Assembly (NCBI GenBank): GCA_964234715.1 | Contig: OZ174276.1 | Source of the DNA: Podarcis melisellensis | Lineage: Eukaryota | DNA: 64,000 nt | Reading direction: 5' to 3' (one strand) | Shown here: piece after piece, positions 50,881 to 64,000 of the stretch | Position numbering within the stretch: position 1 is the first letter of the stretch | Layout: every line of letters starts with the position of its first letter | The notes under the pieces: generated by a model | What the model saw: only the letters and a program-made list of their open reading frames with translations | Told to the model about the DNA's origin: nothing | The model's database searches: none | Made by a program: the position numbers and the translations under genes

Positions 50881-53800
50881 TAATTGAGTTCTTTCCTTCT
50901 CTTGTATGGCATATTAATGCTTTTTCCTTTTTAAAATTTCTACTGTTGTTTTATGAATTGTTGTTCTTACTACTTGATGAAATTGTTTGCATGTTATGTC
51001 AAATGCTATTGTTATGTCAAATGTTATGTCAAATGCTCACTAGGGCTGTTTTATGTATTACTGTTTTGCATCATATATTTGATATTTGATTATTGTAAAC
51101 CACCTGGAGTTCTTTGTTTGGGGAAAGAGGAGCACAAATTCAAATATGGTTGTTGTTTAAGCTGGATACTGCCCTTGTGTTACATAATCTGACCTCTTTC
51201 ACAGAGAAAACCACACAGGAAAGTCTTGTACAATATGAGGAAAGGCATATTTTAAATAAAATAAAATACATTGATCCCCTGCTGAATTCATACTGGGTTC
51301 AGTCCAACGAGTAGCGCTTTCATCTAGAACTCATACAAATTAATGAGAATTGTGCAGCAATGATATTTTGTGGATTTTGTTCAGTGTCAGTGATTGGCAT
51401 GATTTAAAGCCCTTCACATAGATTTCCTATTATTTGCTAAGGGGGAAAAATATTTCAAGTGCCCTGTGCTGAATGCCTGTGTGAAGAATATGGATCCCTT
51501 TCCATAAGAAGGCAGCAGGAAATCCATTCACAAGCAGGACTCCTATGCATTGTTTGGACCATTGGCAATAACATCTAGCCTTAATTTAAAATATTGTCAA
51601 AGATGAAAGGGGATAGAAGGATTATTCCCATGGTTAGATCTTAGTAGAGAATAAGTTACTTCCAAATCTGCCATACTTCATCCGAATGCCACCTGAATAT
51701 ATTCATTTACCATATGTACTCAGTAGTGGTGAAATACAATGATGCTTGTTCTACAGGTCTGTTTTTCCTGTAATTAAAAATGCTTTGCTTTAAAGAAAGG
51801 TGTGTTTACAAAGTGTATCCATGAAATAGGTGGTTAGATGTCACCTGTGTTCCTAATGCACATTCATTTAAGCTTCTTCCAAAATGTAGAAATATGAATA
51901 TTGATATTAAAATATGTCTGTTGGACTGCGGGGAAAATAACTTGTGGTTTTAAACCCTGTTGACTTGTTTCCAAGGGACTCTGATCTGCATTTTCAGTTT
52001 TCTCATTTTTCTGATTTACCACTTTTCATGGTAAATCACCTTGATATTCTATCCCACACAGTTGGATTTTTGAACCTGTAGTTACCCTGAAGATCCCGCT
52101 ACATGCAGGAAAATGACAAATCCAATCTGCATTCCATGCAGATAACTTAACATGGGATCCTACTGCAAACAGAGCATCACCGTGCATTGTCAGAGTAGAT
52201 CCATGACTCCATCTTTGAATGCACACATGCAAATGGATCTCAACTTCTGTTATGTGTTTGTTTCCTGCAGCTTCCATTCACAAGATTGCTAGTATCCAGT
52301 CTGCATCAGAGCCCGAAAGCCTATCACACTTCAGAAATCTATCATTTTCTAGGCTTCTGCAGTATGTGCATGAACCATCTGTTCATCCAGTGGTTTGCTA
52401 GACTTATCACACTATGTATATGTTATGAACCATCTGTTGATTCAGTGGTGCAGGCATACTAAAGTATTCATGTATGTGATGTGGCTCTCATAATGTTTAT
52501 TGCACCAGCTAAATCCATCTTAAGAGATGAGTAGTTTGCTAAGGATGGTATTATAGACTGCAGCTGGCTTATTTAAAGCTAGATTACTGTCAGAGTAAGA
52601 ATTTTTTCATCATCAGTGAACCAGTGGATAGAAAAAATACAGTTGCTTCTGGCTACTCAAGTAATGGAATACAGACTGATAACACCAAATAAAAACTATG
52701 TTGCGTAAATTCATATTTGTTTTTTGGAATCTCTCAAACCCATCTTTGACTGACTCAGATACTGTATATGCCACTGCAATAGAGTTTTCATCCACATGAC
52801 CCCAGTTTGCATATAACATTAAGCCAAACCATGGCTTAGTCAACATTGCAAACAAGCACATTGCAGGCACTGCACTCCTCCTTTGATTCTGTTGATAAAC
52901 TGTCAAAGTAGTGCACACCTTGGTGCTTGTCTGGAGCAAGACAGACCATGAACTTGGGTTCAGGCATAACACTGACTTAAACCATAGCTCTGCCCCAGGC
53001 AGCACAGCTGTAGCAAGTCTGGGGAGGAGTGCAGGAGGCATGATTTTGATTTGGGAAATGTGTCCGCTCATGCTAAGCCATGGTTTCCCTTTAATTAAAA
53101 CCATTGAAATTGAGTTAATTTCTGAAGTTAGTTATTTCAGTTCAGAACTCCTCTTTCCCCTCTCCGATCATTGATAACAAAACAAAGACCCTGCCTATTG
53201 CAGGAATTTGGATCTGTACAGATGGCATGCTGCTGCTCTTCAGTCTACGGTAGAATATCATTTTAAATTTTAAAGCTTGGGCACAGAACTCTTTGATCAT
53301 ACATGGAATTTGAAAGCTGTAAGAGGGCTCTGTTGCTCATTTGGATTTTCATATTTGTAACAAAGCACACCACAGAGTTAATTAAGAGGCTATGGACGGA
53401 AAGCACTGATGGGTATAGACCTGTGGAACTTTAGATTTTAAAGTCAGTCGTTTCCTATTGAGTTTAAGGAACTGTTTTCACTCAGGCCTGAAGGGGTCTG
53501 TGTGACACTCAGCCAGATTACATTGTAGGTTTTGGAATAAACTAAATCAAGTGCTGTGGGATGAAACAAAGCTTAATTGACTTTAATTTCTTCTCTCTGT
53601 GTGTTGATCTTCACAATGGGTTTAATTACACAAATTTAGTAACAGAGGTAAAAGTAAAGAAACTTTAGTTTTCAGAAAGGAAGGATTTGGGGTTGTTGGG
53701 TAATTAGTTTTATGAACTGCTGAGAATTAGTCTCTGACTTTCAGCCTAGTTATATTATTGGGAGTTTCAGTGTTGTATCAGTGTCATAAAATCCAACACA

Positions 53801-54736
53801 TATTTAGCCTAATGCTTCAACATTCTAATAAGCTTAATGATGTGACTTTCAGAGAAGACTCTATGGGTACTTAAAAAACAACCCACATAGGTAATGCAGG
53901 TAGGCTCACCCTGTAAATATAAGTAGCGTATTTACTATGGCCCTTCAAATGATGTTAGGCCACAGCTCCCATCATGCCTAATGATACCCACTCCAATACT
54001 TTGTCTGGACAAAGGGTTCTTAATGCTACTGATAATTGCTCTTTTCCTATGTAAGCCAAAATTGGAATTACAATTTATGGTCTATGCTTCTAAGTTTAAT
54101 GCCATTTTTGGTGTGGACACCTGTGTGTGTTCCATCCACATGGTCAATATGGCATAGCCCTATGGACATAGTTGTCCCCTACCCTTTTCCAGTCCATTAT
54201 TGGTCACTACCTATGCTGGCTTCTGCTGTTTTGAAGATGGTTCAAACCCTATTTTTAGGGTAGGTGGATGTTTACATTTCTCAAGCACTATAATTGCAGA
54301 AAAGTGGGGAGGCTTGTAAGAAGAGTGCCTGCAGCACAGACCAAGGGAATTACAGCCAAGATTACTTCTGAGTTGCAGATGAGGCTGTAAGTTGTATGGA
54401 TTTCAAATGAGAATACCTGAGCCCTTGTTGAGTCAATTTCAGCATCAGATTTTATTAGAAAACATCTTCTGGTCAATTTCACAACCCAGTTAGAAAACCT
54501 GCTATTTTCGCTGCCTGTTATTGGTGCTTTTATACTATAGTTTCTAGCACATTTGCAGAAACATAAAAATGAAAAATGAAAATTTTAAATAGCATGTTTG
54601 TGTGATACTCAACAATCTGTGTAATACATTTGTGGCCTGAAATTTTGCCTCCCTTTTGGATTACAACTTTCTTTCTGACATCTGTGCTACTTTCTGTGTT
54701 TCTTTGATGTCTTTGCTCTATTAGTAATGTACGGAG

Positions 54737-55268
54737 TGGAGTACAGTACAGGGTCAGGTTTAAGGTGCTGGTTTTGACCTTTAAAGCCCTATGCGGCTAG
54801 GACCCATGTACCTACAAGACTGCCTCTCCTGGTATGCCCCGCGAAGGACCTTAAGTCCACAAACGGCAACACTTTGGAGTTACCAAGTCGCAAGGTGGTT
54901 AGATTGGTCTCAGCTAGGGCCAGAGCCTTTTCAGTACTGGCCCCAACTTGGTGGAACGCTCTGTCACAAGAGACTAGAGCGTTGCGGGACTTGACATCTT
55001 TCTGCAGGGCCTGTAAGACAGAGCTGTTCCACCTGGCCTTTGGTTTGGACTCAGCCTGACCCTTATGTTTTCACTCCCCTTACAGTTTTGATTCATGGGC
55101 TACTTTTAAAACGAGGCTGCATTTTAATTTTAATTTTAACCTGTATTTTAAATTGTTGTCATCCCCCCATTATGTTTTTATTGTAATTTTACTGGTGTTA
55201 GTCGCCCTGAGCCCGGCTCTGGCCGGAGAGGGTGGGGTATAAATAAAATTTATTATTATTATTTATTT
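54737..55268 (+). mobile_element. L2 LINE 3' fragment
   Basis: YRVRFKVLVLTFKAL...GPMYLQDCL; RAFSVLAPTWWNAL...SFCRACKTELFHLAF (L2 C-terminus); GGGGTATAAATAAAATTTATTATTATT tail. Confidence 0.92.
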
Positions 55269-56137
55269 GTTGTTTTGTGTCTTGTACTCTTATATTCTTC
55301 ATTTCTATTTTTCTGTTGGTTTACCAGTTCTATTTTTATATGCTGATATTTATTTATTATTAATAAAATCTACCTCTTCAGTTTTGGCATGGTTTCTTGG
55401 ATTAAGCCTTGGCTCTAAATCCAGTGATTTAGCCTTTTGGTCAACTTGCTACTGTATAACTGTGATTTGCTTAGGGCTCCAGAAGCAGGGAGACTTTTAA
55501 GCCTTTCTTAAAAACCTAAGGATATCCTTTAAGACCTGAGAGTTTCCGGGCTCAGGCGTCATTCGCATAATTGGTGACAGCAATACTACCTTACAGGGCT
55601 GGTTTTAATCCCTGGTCATTTAGAATAATTTGCATCAATAAGAACACTGCCCCAGAAATTTAGGGGCAGGTTCTTAACACAAAGGGCTTCTGTTTGTGAA
55701 CAAGGGTGGTAGTAGCAGCTGATGGCGGTGCCTTTTCCCCATGGATGGGCAGATGATTGAGGGAGGCATGCCAGCACCATTTTTTCTGCCCTTTTAAATG
55801 TAGCAGACATTGTGGCACGTCTTTATTAATGACTTGGATGAAGGAATTGAGAGGATGCCAAGCTTTAATGGGAGCTACTTTGCAGTATGATACACCCATA
55901 GCAGCCACTTCGTTATGTCATACATCCACAACAGCCATTTTGTGACTGGCACCCACAACACCTTAGAATCATAGAGTTGAAAGGGACCCTGAGGATCCCT
56001 TTTATATATCAATAGCACTAAATTACTGTTGGGGCCCTGTATTGAAACACATAGCAATTCTGTGGTGGATTCTTCCTCTTTGGGGGTTTACTAGTTTAGG
56101 ATTTCTCTTTGATGCCCAGACTGCTACCACCTCGACA

Positions 56138-56800
56138 TCTTTATAAAGATGAAGGATGAAGGAATGAAGGAACTGAGAGGATGCTCATCAAATTTTCAGT
56201 TGACACCAAATTTGAAGGGGTAGCTGATGCTGCAGAAGACAGAATGGGGGTTCAAAATGACCTTAACAGATTGGAGAACTGGGCCCAAACTAACAAAATG
56301 AATTTAAGTAGGGAGGAATGTAAGGTTCTGCACTTAGGCAGGAAGAAACAGATGCACAAATAAAGGATGCAGGAAACCTGGCTTACTAGTAGTATATGTG
56401 AAAAGGATCTTGGGATCTTGGTGGATCACAAGCCTATGATGAGTCAACAGTGTGATGCAGCAGCAAAAAAAGCTAACGCTATTCTAGACTGTATCAACAG
56501 ACGTATACAGAAGTTCAGATCAAAGGAAATAATAGTACCGCTCTGTTCTACCTTGGTCAGACCACACCTGGAATACTGTGTCCAATTCCGGGCACCACAA
56601 TTTAAGAAGGATGTTGACAAGCTGGAACGTGTGCAGAGGAGGTCAAGCAAGCCTTAATGACTGAAGGAGCTGGGTATGTTTAGCATGGAAAAGAGGAGAC
56701 TGAGATATGATAGCTATCTTCAAATATCTGAAGGGTTGTCACATGGAGGATGGATCAAGCTTGTTTTCTCCTGCTCTGGAGGGTAGAACTCAAACCAAGG
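56138..56800 (+). mobile_element. CR1 LINE internal RT/C-terminal fragment
   Basis: MLIKFSVDTKFEG...QNDLNRLENWAQTNKM...CKVLHLGRK; CEKDLGILVDHK.MMSQQCDAAAKKANAIL.CINR...LVRPHLEYCVQF.APQFKKDVDKLERVQRR. Confidence 0.95.
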
Positions 56801-59107
56801 GCTTTCTCCCATTATCAGTTTTAAAACTGCTTAACCCCTTTTTTATTTAAGTGTCCGCACTCTGGTTCCATCCTAGTTCAAAGTGGAAACCTACCCACTT
56901 GTACAAGTCCAAGTGCATCAGTCTAATTTCTGTACTTTTTGTTTTTTATTTTCCTTTTCTGAATTTTCATCCTTCATTCACTACATTGATAACATCTTGT
57001 GTGATGAAAAGTTCTGGAAACTTACCATATTTTTGTGACTTTTGGGTTAGTCCTAATAAATATATAGCATGAAATATCTCCAGTGTTAAAAAAGGGTGAG
57101 ATTTTCTTTTTAGTAATTCCTATTTTCTTTATGTGAAATAAAGTGGGAAAACAGTTTACATAAGGGTAGGCAAGAAAGCAAAGCTTGAGCAACTGAGGGA
57201 AGCGGAAGTAAGATACAGATTGCTTGTTGTTTATAGTCTTTGTCTATTTAAAGCTCACTTGTGTCTTAAGAGCCTGGCTTGCTAGGGAAAGAATTGTTAC
57301 ACTCAGAGAAGTTTCCTATATCATAACTGTGCTATGGAAGCATGTTGTGAAACCAGCTGCCATGAAATTGAATTACAGGTGTTGCATTCTTCACTGCTCA
57401 AATTGCTCTATTATATCATGGGCCTTTTCATTTTGTTTTGAACAAATAACTGCAATTTGCTAGGATCCAAAGAAATTATAGAATAAGTAGCTGAGGTTGT
57501 TTAAGGCTTCCATTACAATAGGAAATTATCTGTGCCTGTTTGCAGTGTGGCTTCTTTCTTCCATCCATTGCTCATGAACATGGAAAGAGAATAACATGTC
57601 TGCTTCTTTCCCCTTGTAAAATGTGTGCATCCAATCTTCTAAATTTTGCTTTAACAATTCTTAACAGGACCACTATGATTTACTTATGACGCTTAACAGA
57701 GTATCCAGCTGCATGAGATGGTTGTATGAACATTCCATTGTGAATGAATGGACTGTATATCTCCTTCCTTTTGGCTTGCTTGATGCAGACTCAGTGAAAC
57801 GTATCTATCTGTAAACAAATCAGATTGCAAAGGGTGTTGTAAATACTGTAAAGAGAAACACGTTCTGATCTTTACTGAACCTTAAAAACTCAACCATATG
57901 CTCTAATATCTCCAAATGAGTCTTATTAAGTGGCTTCATATTCTCAGAGCTGCATATTCAAAAGTTCTATGCAGTAAGAGGTAAAATAGTAAAACCTATT
58001 CTTGGCTTCCTAGTTAGGCATAAGCAGTGGATATTGTTACTGGCCACCCCAATCTCTGCTGAGCAGTGCTTAAGATTCCAAGGGGTCTTGGCACTCAACC
58101 AGTGTCTTTGAAATATTACCATACTTATTTTCATACTGGAAACTTTCAATGGAGAGATATTTCACACATTCACACCTCAGAAGAAGCCTGTCCTGCATTG
58201 TATTCCAAGATATCTCCATGCCTCTCTCCTAGTCTGCCTTTATGGTTCTGGCCTTCACAGCAGCTCATCAGTTCTCACTCTTCTTCCTCAACCTTTAAAT
58301 TTCAAAAGGACACATTTTATTCTGTGGGACCTCGCAGGCCTCTGTCACCTTGACAATCTCCTTCCCTCATCAGCAGAGCCTCTTGCCTATTTGATGGTTT
58401 CCATTGATTGGTTAATCAATGACTTGCTTCCACCACCTTTTGTCATTCTTAATGCCCCAGGCAAGACCCTGACCTGGAAAAGAAACTTAGCCTCTATTTC
58501 TCACTGGCCTGCTGTCCTCCCGTCACTATTCCAAATATTTTCTAAATTATGCCATTAATTAATTTCTAATATTAACTAACTCTAGCAGTTATAGGTGCCC
58601 TTGAATCTCCAAACACCAGATCTGTAACAATATGTTGTAGATCACCCCACATTTCTGCCATCTAACTTATGGGTACTCAGGGCTTCACAATGTTGAGCAT
58701 AATGAAGGAAAGGGGAAGAAAGTCATCCTGTTGATCTAATATAAACAGGAAAGATAGTATTTGGGCTCCAAAGAGATTTGTAAAAAGAAAGAAAGGGGAT
58801 TTTGCAGCTCTTTTAGCAACTTACCAAGTACTCTTAGGAAGGTTGATAACATATTTTGGGAACATATGTGACCTGGATATGAAAGGTCCATTATGTTTCA
58901 TTGAAGCTAGTGCCAGTGGAGTGGTATGGAGGCTATGATCTTCAGTTCTGAACATCTTGGAAATACATGTTCATTATAAAGGATTGACCAATGCTGCAGG
59001 TTATATTTAACTGTAGTTAAAACTAGTTGTGCCATTGTGGGAGAAACCTTATTGGGACTGAAGCCATTTTACAAGATTATCTCTACCCCATTTGCTTCTG
59101 TATATAG

Positions 59108-59245
59108 CAAGGATGGGGAACCTGTGACTCTCCAGAGTTGCTGAACTCCCAACCTCCATCATCCCCAGCCAGCATGGCCAGTATTCAGGTATGATAGGAG
59201 CTGTTGTTCAGCAACATCTGGAGGGCCACAGGTTCCTCATCCCTG
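59108..59245. mobile_element. Palindromic hAT MITE
   Basis: CAAGGATGGGGAACCTGTG...CACAGGTTCCTCATCCCTG TIRs with internal GTTGCTGAAC / GTTCAGCAAC; degenerate TA-rich flanks. Confidence 0.8.
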
Positions 59246-59366
59246 ATATATGTCCTGCATACAGTTGTATTTTAGTTATAGGCTTGACTCTAAGAAAATG
59301 TCAAATCAGTTGAAGTCACTTCCAGAAATGCACATTTCCCCCCTCTGAATATTCTTTTTTTAAAAA

Positions 59367-59393
<27 letters not shown>
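59367..59393. repeat. (CA)n microsatellite
   Basis: Direct sequence. Confidence 0.97.
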
Positions 59394-59397
<4 letters not shown>

Positions 59398-61449
59398 AAA
59401 CCTTCTAGTTTCTTGTGCTTTCCTGAAAAGTTGTTGCTGAGGTTCAGGGAGCCTCCTGTTATTTATTTAAGATGTATATCTTAGTCTTCACTATACTATA
59501 TGTTGTAAGACTTACATACTATATGCTCTTAGACTTACAGAGTTTCTTCCCCTGGTTCCCTTATAGCATTCTTAAGGCAGCAGGTGAACTGTGGAGATTG
59601 TGCATCTATTTAAGCACAGAATGTCTCTATACCAGCCACAGAGGGACAGCTTAATACAAGTTCCTTTCACCAGGTCAGGATCCCATGTACTGTGTCAAGT
59701 AACAAAATGAGAATGGCAGCTTGTGCATAAAAAATGACCAGTCTGCACAAATTGCTGCTGCTGTTGCTGCTCTGTATATAACAATGCACTGTGGGGATTT
59801 CTTTTTTAATTGAAGTGCTGTCAAATATTAACAATTCTAATTCTCAAATCAAAAACTTTGAATCAATCCACCCCTCACACAGAGGAATTGCCACAGACTG
59901 TATCTTTCAGGAATTTCCCCTCATACTAAAATCTCTTTAATACAGAGCTAGTAGTCATTCTTGCAGTTTTAGGTATCCTGTGGAGTGCCATTGGCCTCTG
60001 GCGATGTGAAGCAGAATGTCCAAAGGCAGGTTATGCTGCTTGCACCCTTTTAAGTAGCGTCCTGTGCCTCAGCACTGATGTCTACTGCACAGTCCACTAT
60101 CTCCAGGGGGTGCTTTTTTAAAAAAAACACTATGATTTTTCTGGCATGTATTGTTTCTCTCTCCTCCCCCTCATATGAAGGAGCCCCCTCCTGCCTTCTC
60201 CCTGTTTTCACCTGGGCAGCCGTCCAACCCAAACACAACACACCCACTTAATTATCATATGGCATGAGGGAAGCATGTGCTTCTGTATTCTGAGAGATTA
60301 ATACCCTGGCTCTCCTATCCTGTAGAGGTTGTCCTGTCTCTAGCTCTTATAAATTGTAATAGTCATCTTTCTCAAAGGATAAAAGGAATTCAGACTGAAA
60401 TCGTCATAATTAAGGATCACACAAGGTTTCTTTTGAAAGGAAGGGAAGAAGAACTTGTTTTTTCCTGTGCTGCCACTGTAATTTGAAACTTGCTAATGCA
60501 ACGTGAAGTACAAAGCTGCTGATAGTCACCCTGGAATTCTCATTCCATCTTCAGAATTTCTATCACAATGCATGCAAGACTGCTTGAAACTCCCTTGTTG
60601 AGTTTTGTGCTGCTTTCAGACCAGTCATTTGCACTTCAGATGAACTGGTCTGTGTTATTTTGGATTATGTACTTCACAGCTGCCATGAATTGAAGATTGA
60701 TGTTTGAATTACTGCTCTGTTTTCATGCATATGTACAATTCAAGGACCATTTCATGAGGCGACATATGACAAATGGGTGTCTTGACAAGCTCTGCCAATA
60801 GGATCTCCAAAAGACAGATGACTATGATGTCTGGTCACCTTGGAGAAGAAACTTAACCACCAGATTAATCTGACAGTGGTCTTGCCTATAAATGTTATTT
60901 TATTCATTTTGTAAGAGTCTGAAGTGGATATTGCAAATTATTTTTAAGTTGTAAATGAGTGTATATCATTGTGAACATATAGTTCAAGCTGTGGTCTTAA
61001 ATTAGCAAGCTGGGAATGGAAACCTTGAGGACTGAGGCACCCAGTCTTTAAATGGAAGCTGAAGCAAGACTGGGGCGCAGCAAAGTCCACGGCCTGGTCT
61101 TCATTTCTCAGGGCAGAACCAAATGTATAAAGAAATACTGGGTAGCTGCACAGAAAAATCCTTTGCCAGGTTTCTACGTCCAAACATATTGTATGGCAAA
61201 ACTTACTGTATATCATGAAATAATGACAGTTAAATAGTTGGCAGTTCAGACTGGAGAAATGGTACAGGGGGATAAAGGGGTTAAACCCCATTCCCACGAT
61301 ATCTCCCACCTGATTCAGCCCAACTGCTCCAACTGCTTTTTCTTTTGGTAAATGAACAAATGTGGGAAATTCAATCACAGGCTTTCCAATGTCACATCCA
61401 ATTTGGCCCTGAGTTGCTGCTATAAAAATTCTCTCCCTGCCCCCACCCC

Positions 61450-61471
61450 GTGTGTGTGTGTGTGTGTGTGT
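61450..61471. repeat. (GT)n microsatellite
   Basis: Direct sequence. Confidence 0.97.
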
Positions 61472-61509
61472 TGGTAGGGTGAATACACACATGTTTGTTA
61501 TGCTTCTTG

Positions 61510-61765
61510 TATGGCTTTAAAAGAAGATGGACAAATCAATGGTGACTAAGGCTATCAATAGCTACTAATCCTGGTGGATATGTTCTACCTCTGCAGTCAG
61601 GTGAGCTATGTTTCCGAACACCATGCTGGGAATTGCAGGAGAAGAGAGTGCTGCTGTTGTCAGATCCTGCTTGCAGACTTCCCATAGGCATATGGTTGGC
61701 CACTGTGAGAAGAGGATACTGGGTGAGCTGGGCCACTGGCCTGATCCAGCAGGGCTCCTCTTCTA
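61510..61765 (+). mobile_element. Older CR1 3' end
   Basis: GGCTTTAAAAGAAGATGGACAAAT (like GFK..LDKF), then GGTTGGCCACTGTGAGAAGAGGATACTGG...GGCCTGATCCAGCAGGGCTC 3' UTR. Confidence 0.75.
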
Positions 61766-62051
61766 ATACCTTGTTTATTATGCTTCATACCATTTCATTT
61801 TTAAATATAAAGATAAGAGTATTCATCCAAATGAAAGCTCATAGTAATTGATTAGCTGAAGATACAGTGGATCACTCCCCCCTCTTTTTTATCTTTTGTA
61901 ATTCAGGACAACCATGTTATGTTTAGAACTATGCAATCTCAAATGTTATAATGTGCTGATATATCTAGATGCTTCATTGTAAAGGTATTAGAATTGCAAA
62001 AATTAGGCCATGTTAAGATATTGTTGTCTTTGTCTGTTGTCTTTGTCAAAG

Positions 62052-62519
62052 ACAACAAAGGTCCGCATAGTTAAAGCTATGGATTTCCCAGTAGTGATGT
62101 ATGGAAGTGAGAGCTGGACCATAAAGAAGGCTGATTGCCAAAGAATTGATGCTTTTGAATTATGGTGCTGGAGGAGACTCTTGAGAGTCCCATGGACTGC
62201 AAGAAGATCAAACCTATCCATTCTTAAGGAAATCAGCCCTGAGTGCTCACTGGAAGGACAGATCGTGAAGCTGAGGCTCCAGTACTTTGGCCACCTCATG
62301 AGAAGAGAAGACTCCCTGGAAAAGACCCTGATGTTGGGAAAGATGGAGGGCACAAAGAGAAGGGGATGGCAGAGGACGAGATGGTTGGATAATGTTTTCG
62401 AAGCTACCAGCATGGGTTTGACCAAATTGCAGGAGGCAGTGGTAGACAGGAGTGCCTGGCTTGCTCTGGTCCATGGGGTCATAAAGAGTTGGACACGACT
62501 AAACGACAAAACAACAACA
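62052..62519 (+). mobile_element. BovB (RTE-clade) LINE, 5'-truncated, ORF C-terminus still open
   Basis: TKVRIVKAMDFPVVMYGSESWTIKKAD.QRIDAFELWCWRRLLRVPWTARRSNLSILKEISPECSLEGQIVKLRLQYFGHLMRREDSLEKTLMLGK.EG...RWLD; (AAC)n tail; 8-bp TSD GATATTGT (62017-62024, 62521-62528). Confidence 0.97.
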
Positions 62520-64000
62520 TGATATTGTAGTTACCATTTTCAGAGCGGCAACATTTTTAGTAGATTGTCACCCATTGATCTTGGTTGAAATGAAACAAGC
62601 CCTTGACCTATAAATACTTCTGTGTATATAAATTGAGCCAGTTTTATTAAGTTCTACTTCTCTCCATTATTTGTTCTCTGCTATTTAAATTGCACACATA
62701 ATGTTGGTGTATTGTAATTAAGCCAGTGTAAAAGACGGTAGCATAGAAATTTCTGACTGGTGAATTGTTTGTTTCCATTAATTAATTAAATCACATAACA
62801 GTTTGTACAGGTACGATTAATTGTGTTAATTCCTGAAACACTTCAAACACTAGTATGCCACAGCACCACAAGTTCACAATCTAGCCCATTACTGCTTGAG
62901 TTCAGTCCTGAGACCATATTCATGAAGTTTTTACCTATGAACTATTGATTGTATCTGCTGGTTCTCTGTATAACACATCATTAAAATGGACAAGTTTTAT
63001 ATAGGTTGGCTTGAAATGGACTTTGGAGGTCCCTAACTCAGATGTCAGTCTGTAATATGATTGTAGTATGTCTAACAAGGTAGCTTTCAAGGTTCAGCAG
63101 TCAGCTTACAGGCCAAGATGCTGTTCAGCTCAGAAGCCTCAGTCAAGGTTAGATCCATCCCTTTCAGTTCTTTGGGAATTTCAGATGACCCTTCATTGAA
63201 AGAATTCTGCCTTTTAATAGATCACCCTTGCAAATTTATAGCTGAAACTGGGTTGTAGAGTAAAATCAGCCTAGCAGAGCTTCTGATTAATGTTCTTTAA
63301 CCTGTTACAGAGCTTTGGCACTGTTTTTTGTTCCACTTATGACAAGGGAAAAGCAACATCCTAACATTTACACACCTCTGTATTCAAGAGCTTTAAGGAA
63401 GGTCTGTATATATAAATGCAACTAATGAAATTGGGGACTGTATGGCCTCAAACCATTTAAAGTAATGGCGTGAGCAATCTCACTCCATTACTTCTGAGTG
63501 GTAGCAATTCACACTAAAGCATTGGTTCCCCAAGGAGCAGGCTTGCTCAGGCTGAATCTTATTTACAAAGAGGACAGAACAGTTTGTTATATAGTGTACA
63601 GCAAGTCTGCTTTGACATAAATTGTGGGTTTTGTGTGGCTTTCAGATTGATTTAAACAAGTTTTCTTTTAGTTTCTTTCATAGAAATGGCACAAAGGATG
63701 AGTAATGTTTCACAAACTGTCTGTTTAGGTGTGTGTGTATGTAGGAGTGTTTAAAGTACACTTCATTTATTTTAAGACTTTGAAATCTTGGGGGGAGGGG
63801 GATCTGTCAGGATACGTTCAGAGTGACCAATAGAGGCTCAGAAGAATGCCTGCTATCCTGGGTGGTGAAGACTGGGAAATCCTAAAGGGGTCCTTGCTTC
63901 TTGAAATGCCTTTTCCTTTCACCTTTATCTCCCAACTTGTGAATAGTTGACCTAGGATTGAACCTATTTACAGACATGTGGCCAGGCTAAGGGTGGGTCA

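Noticed and set aside
1243-61851. The many 60-180 aa ORFs in the supplied track as host genes
   Set aside because: No recognisable domains; Cys/Leu/Phe-rich composition typical of random vertebrate DNA; those with real motifs are LINE or DIRS remnants
62010-62522. 170-aa ORF as a gene
   Set aside because: C-terminus of a 5'-truncated BovB RT; the start codon is in flanking DNA

Overview
Eukaryotic, AT-rich, CpG-depleted non-coding DNA from a squamate reptile, most likely a lacertid lizard (inferred from young Sauria SINEs with (ACCTTT)n tails plus BovB, CR1, L2 and L1 LINE fragments). No recognisable host protein-coding exon or intact RNA gene was found. The supplied ORFs are either chance ORFs or decayed LINE/DIRS coding remnants. 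The window reads like a large intron or gene desert. It is densely packed with transposon relics: 6 Sauria SINEs, CR1/L2/L1/BovB fragments, a clean solo LTR, several hAT and Harbinger-type MITEs, a DIRS RNase H relic, a 5S-derived SINE head and a Tigger1-like MITE. Several repeat-free, motif-rich blocks between them look like conserved non-coding elements or enhancers. There is one assembly gap (50362-50498). I found no evidence for a novel multi-gene system. The best leads are a lizard Tigger1-like MITE (horizontal-transfer candidate), unusual LINE 5'-junction fold-backs, long inverted repeats able to form dsRNA, and a PBX/MEIS/OCT-rich putative enhancer. All family assignments come from recalled motifs, not from database searches.
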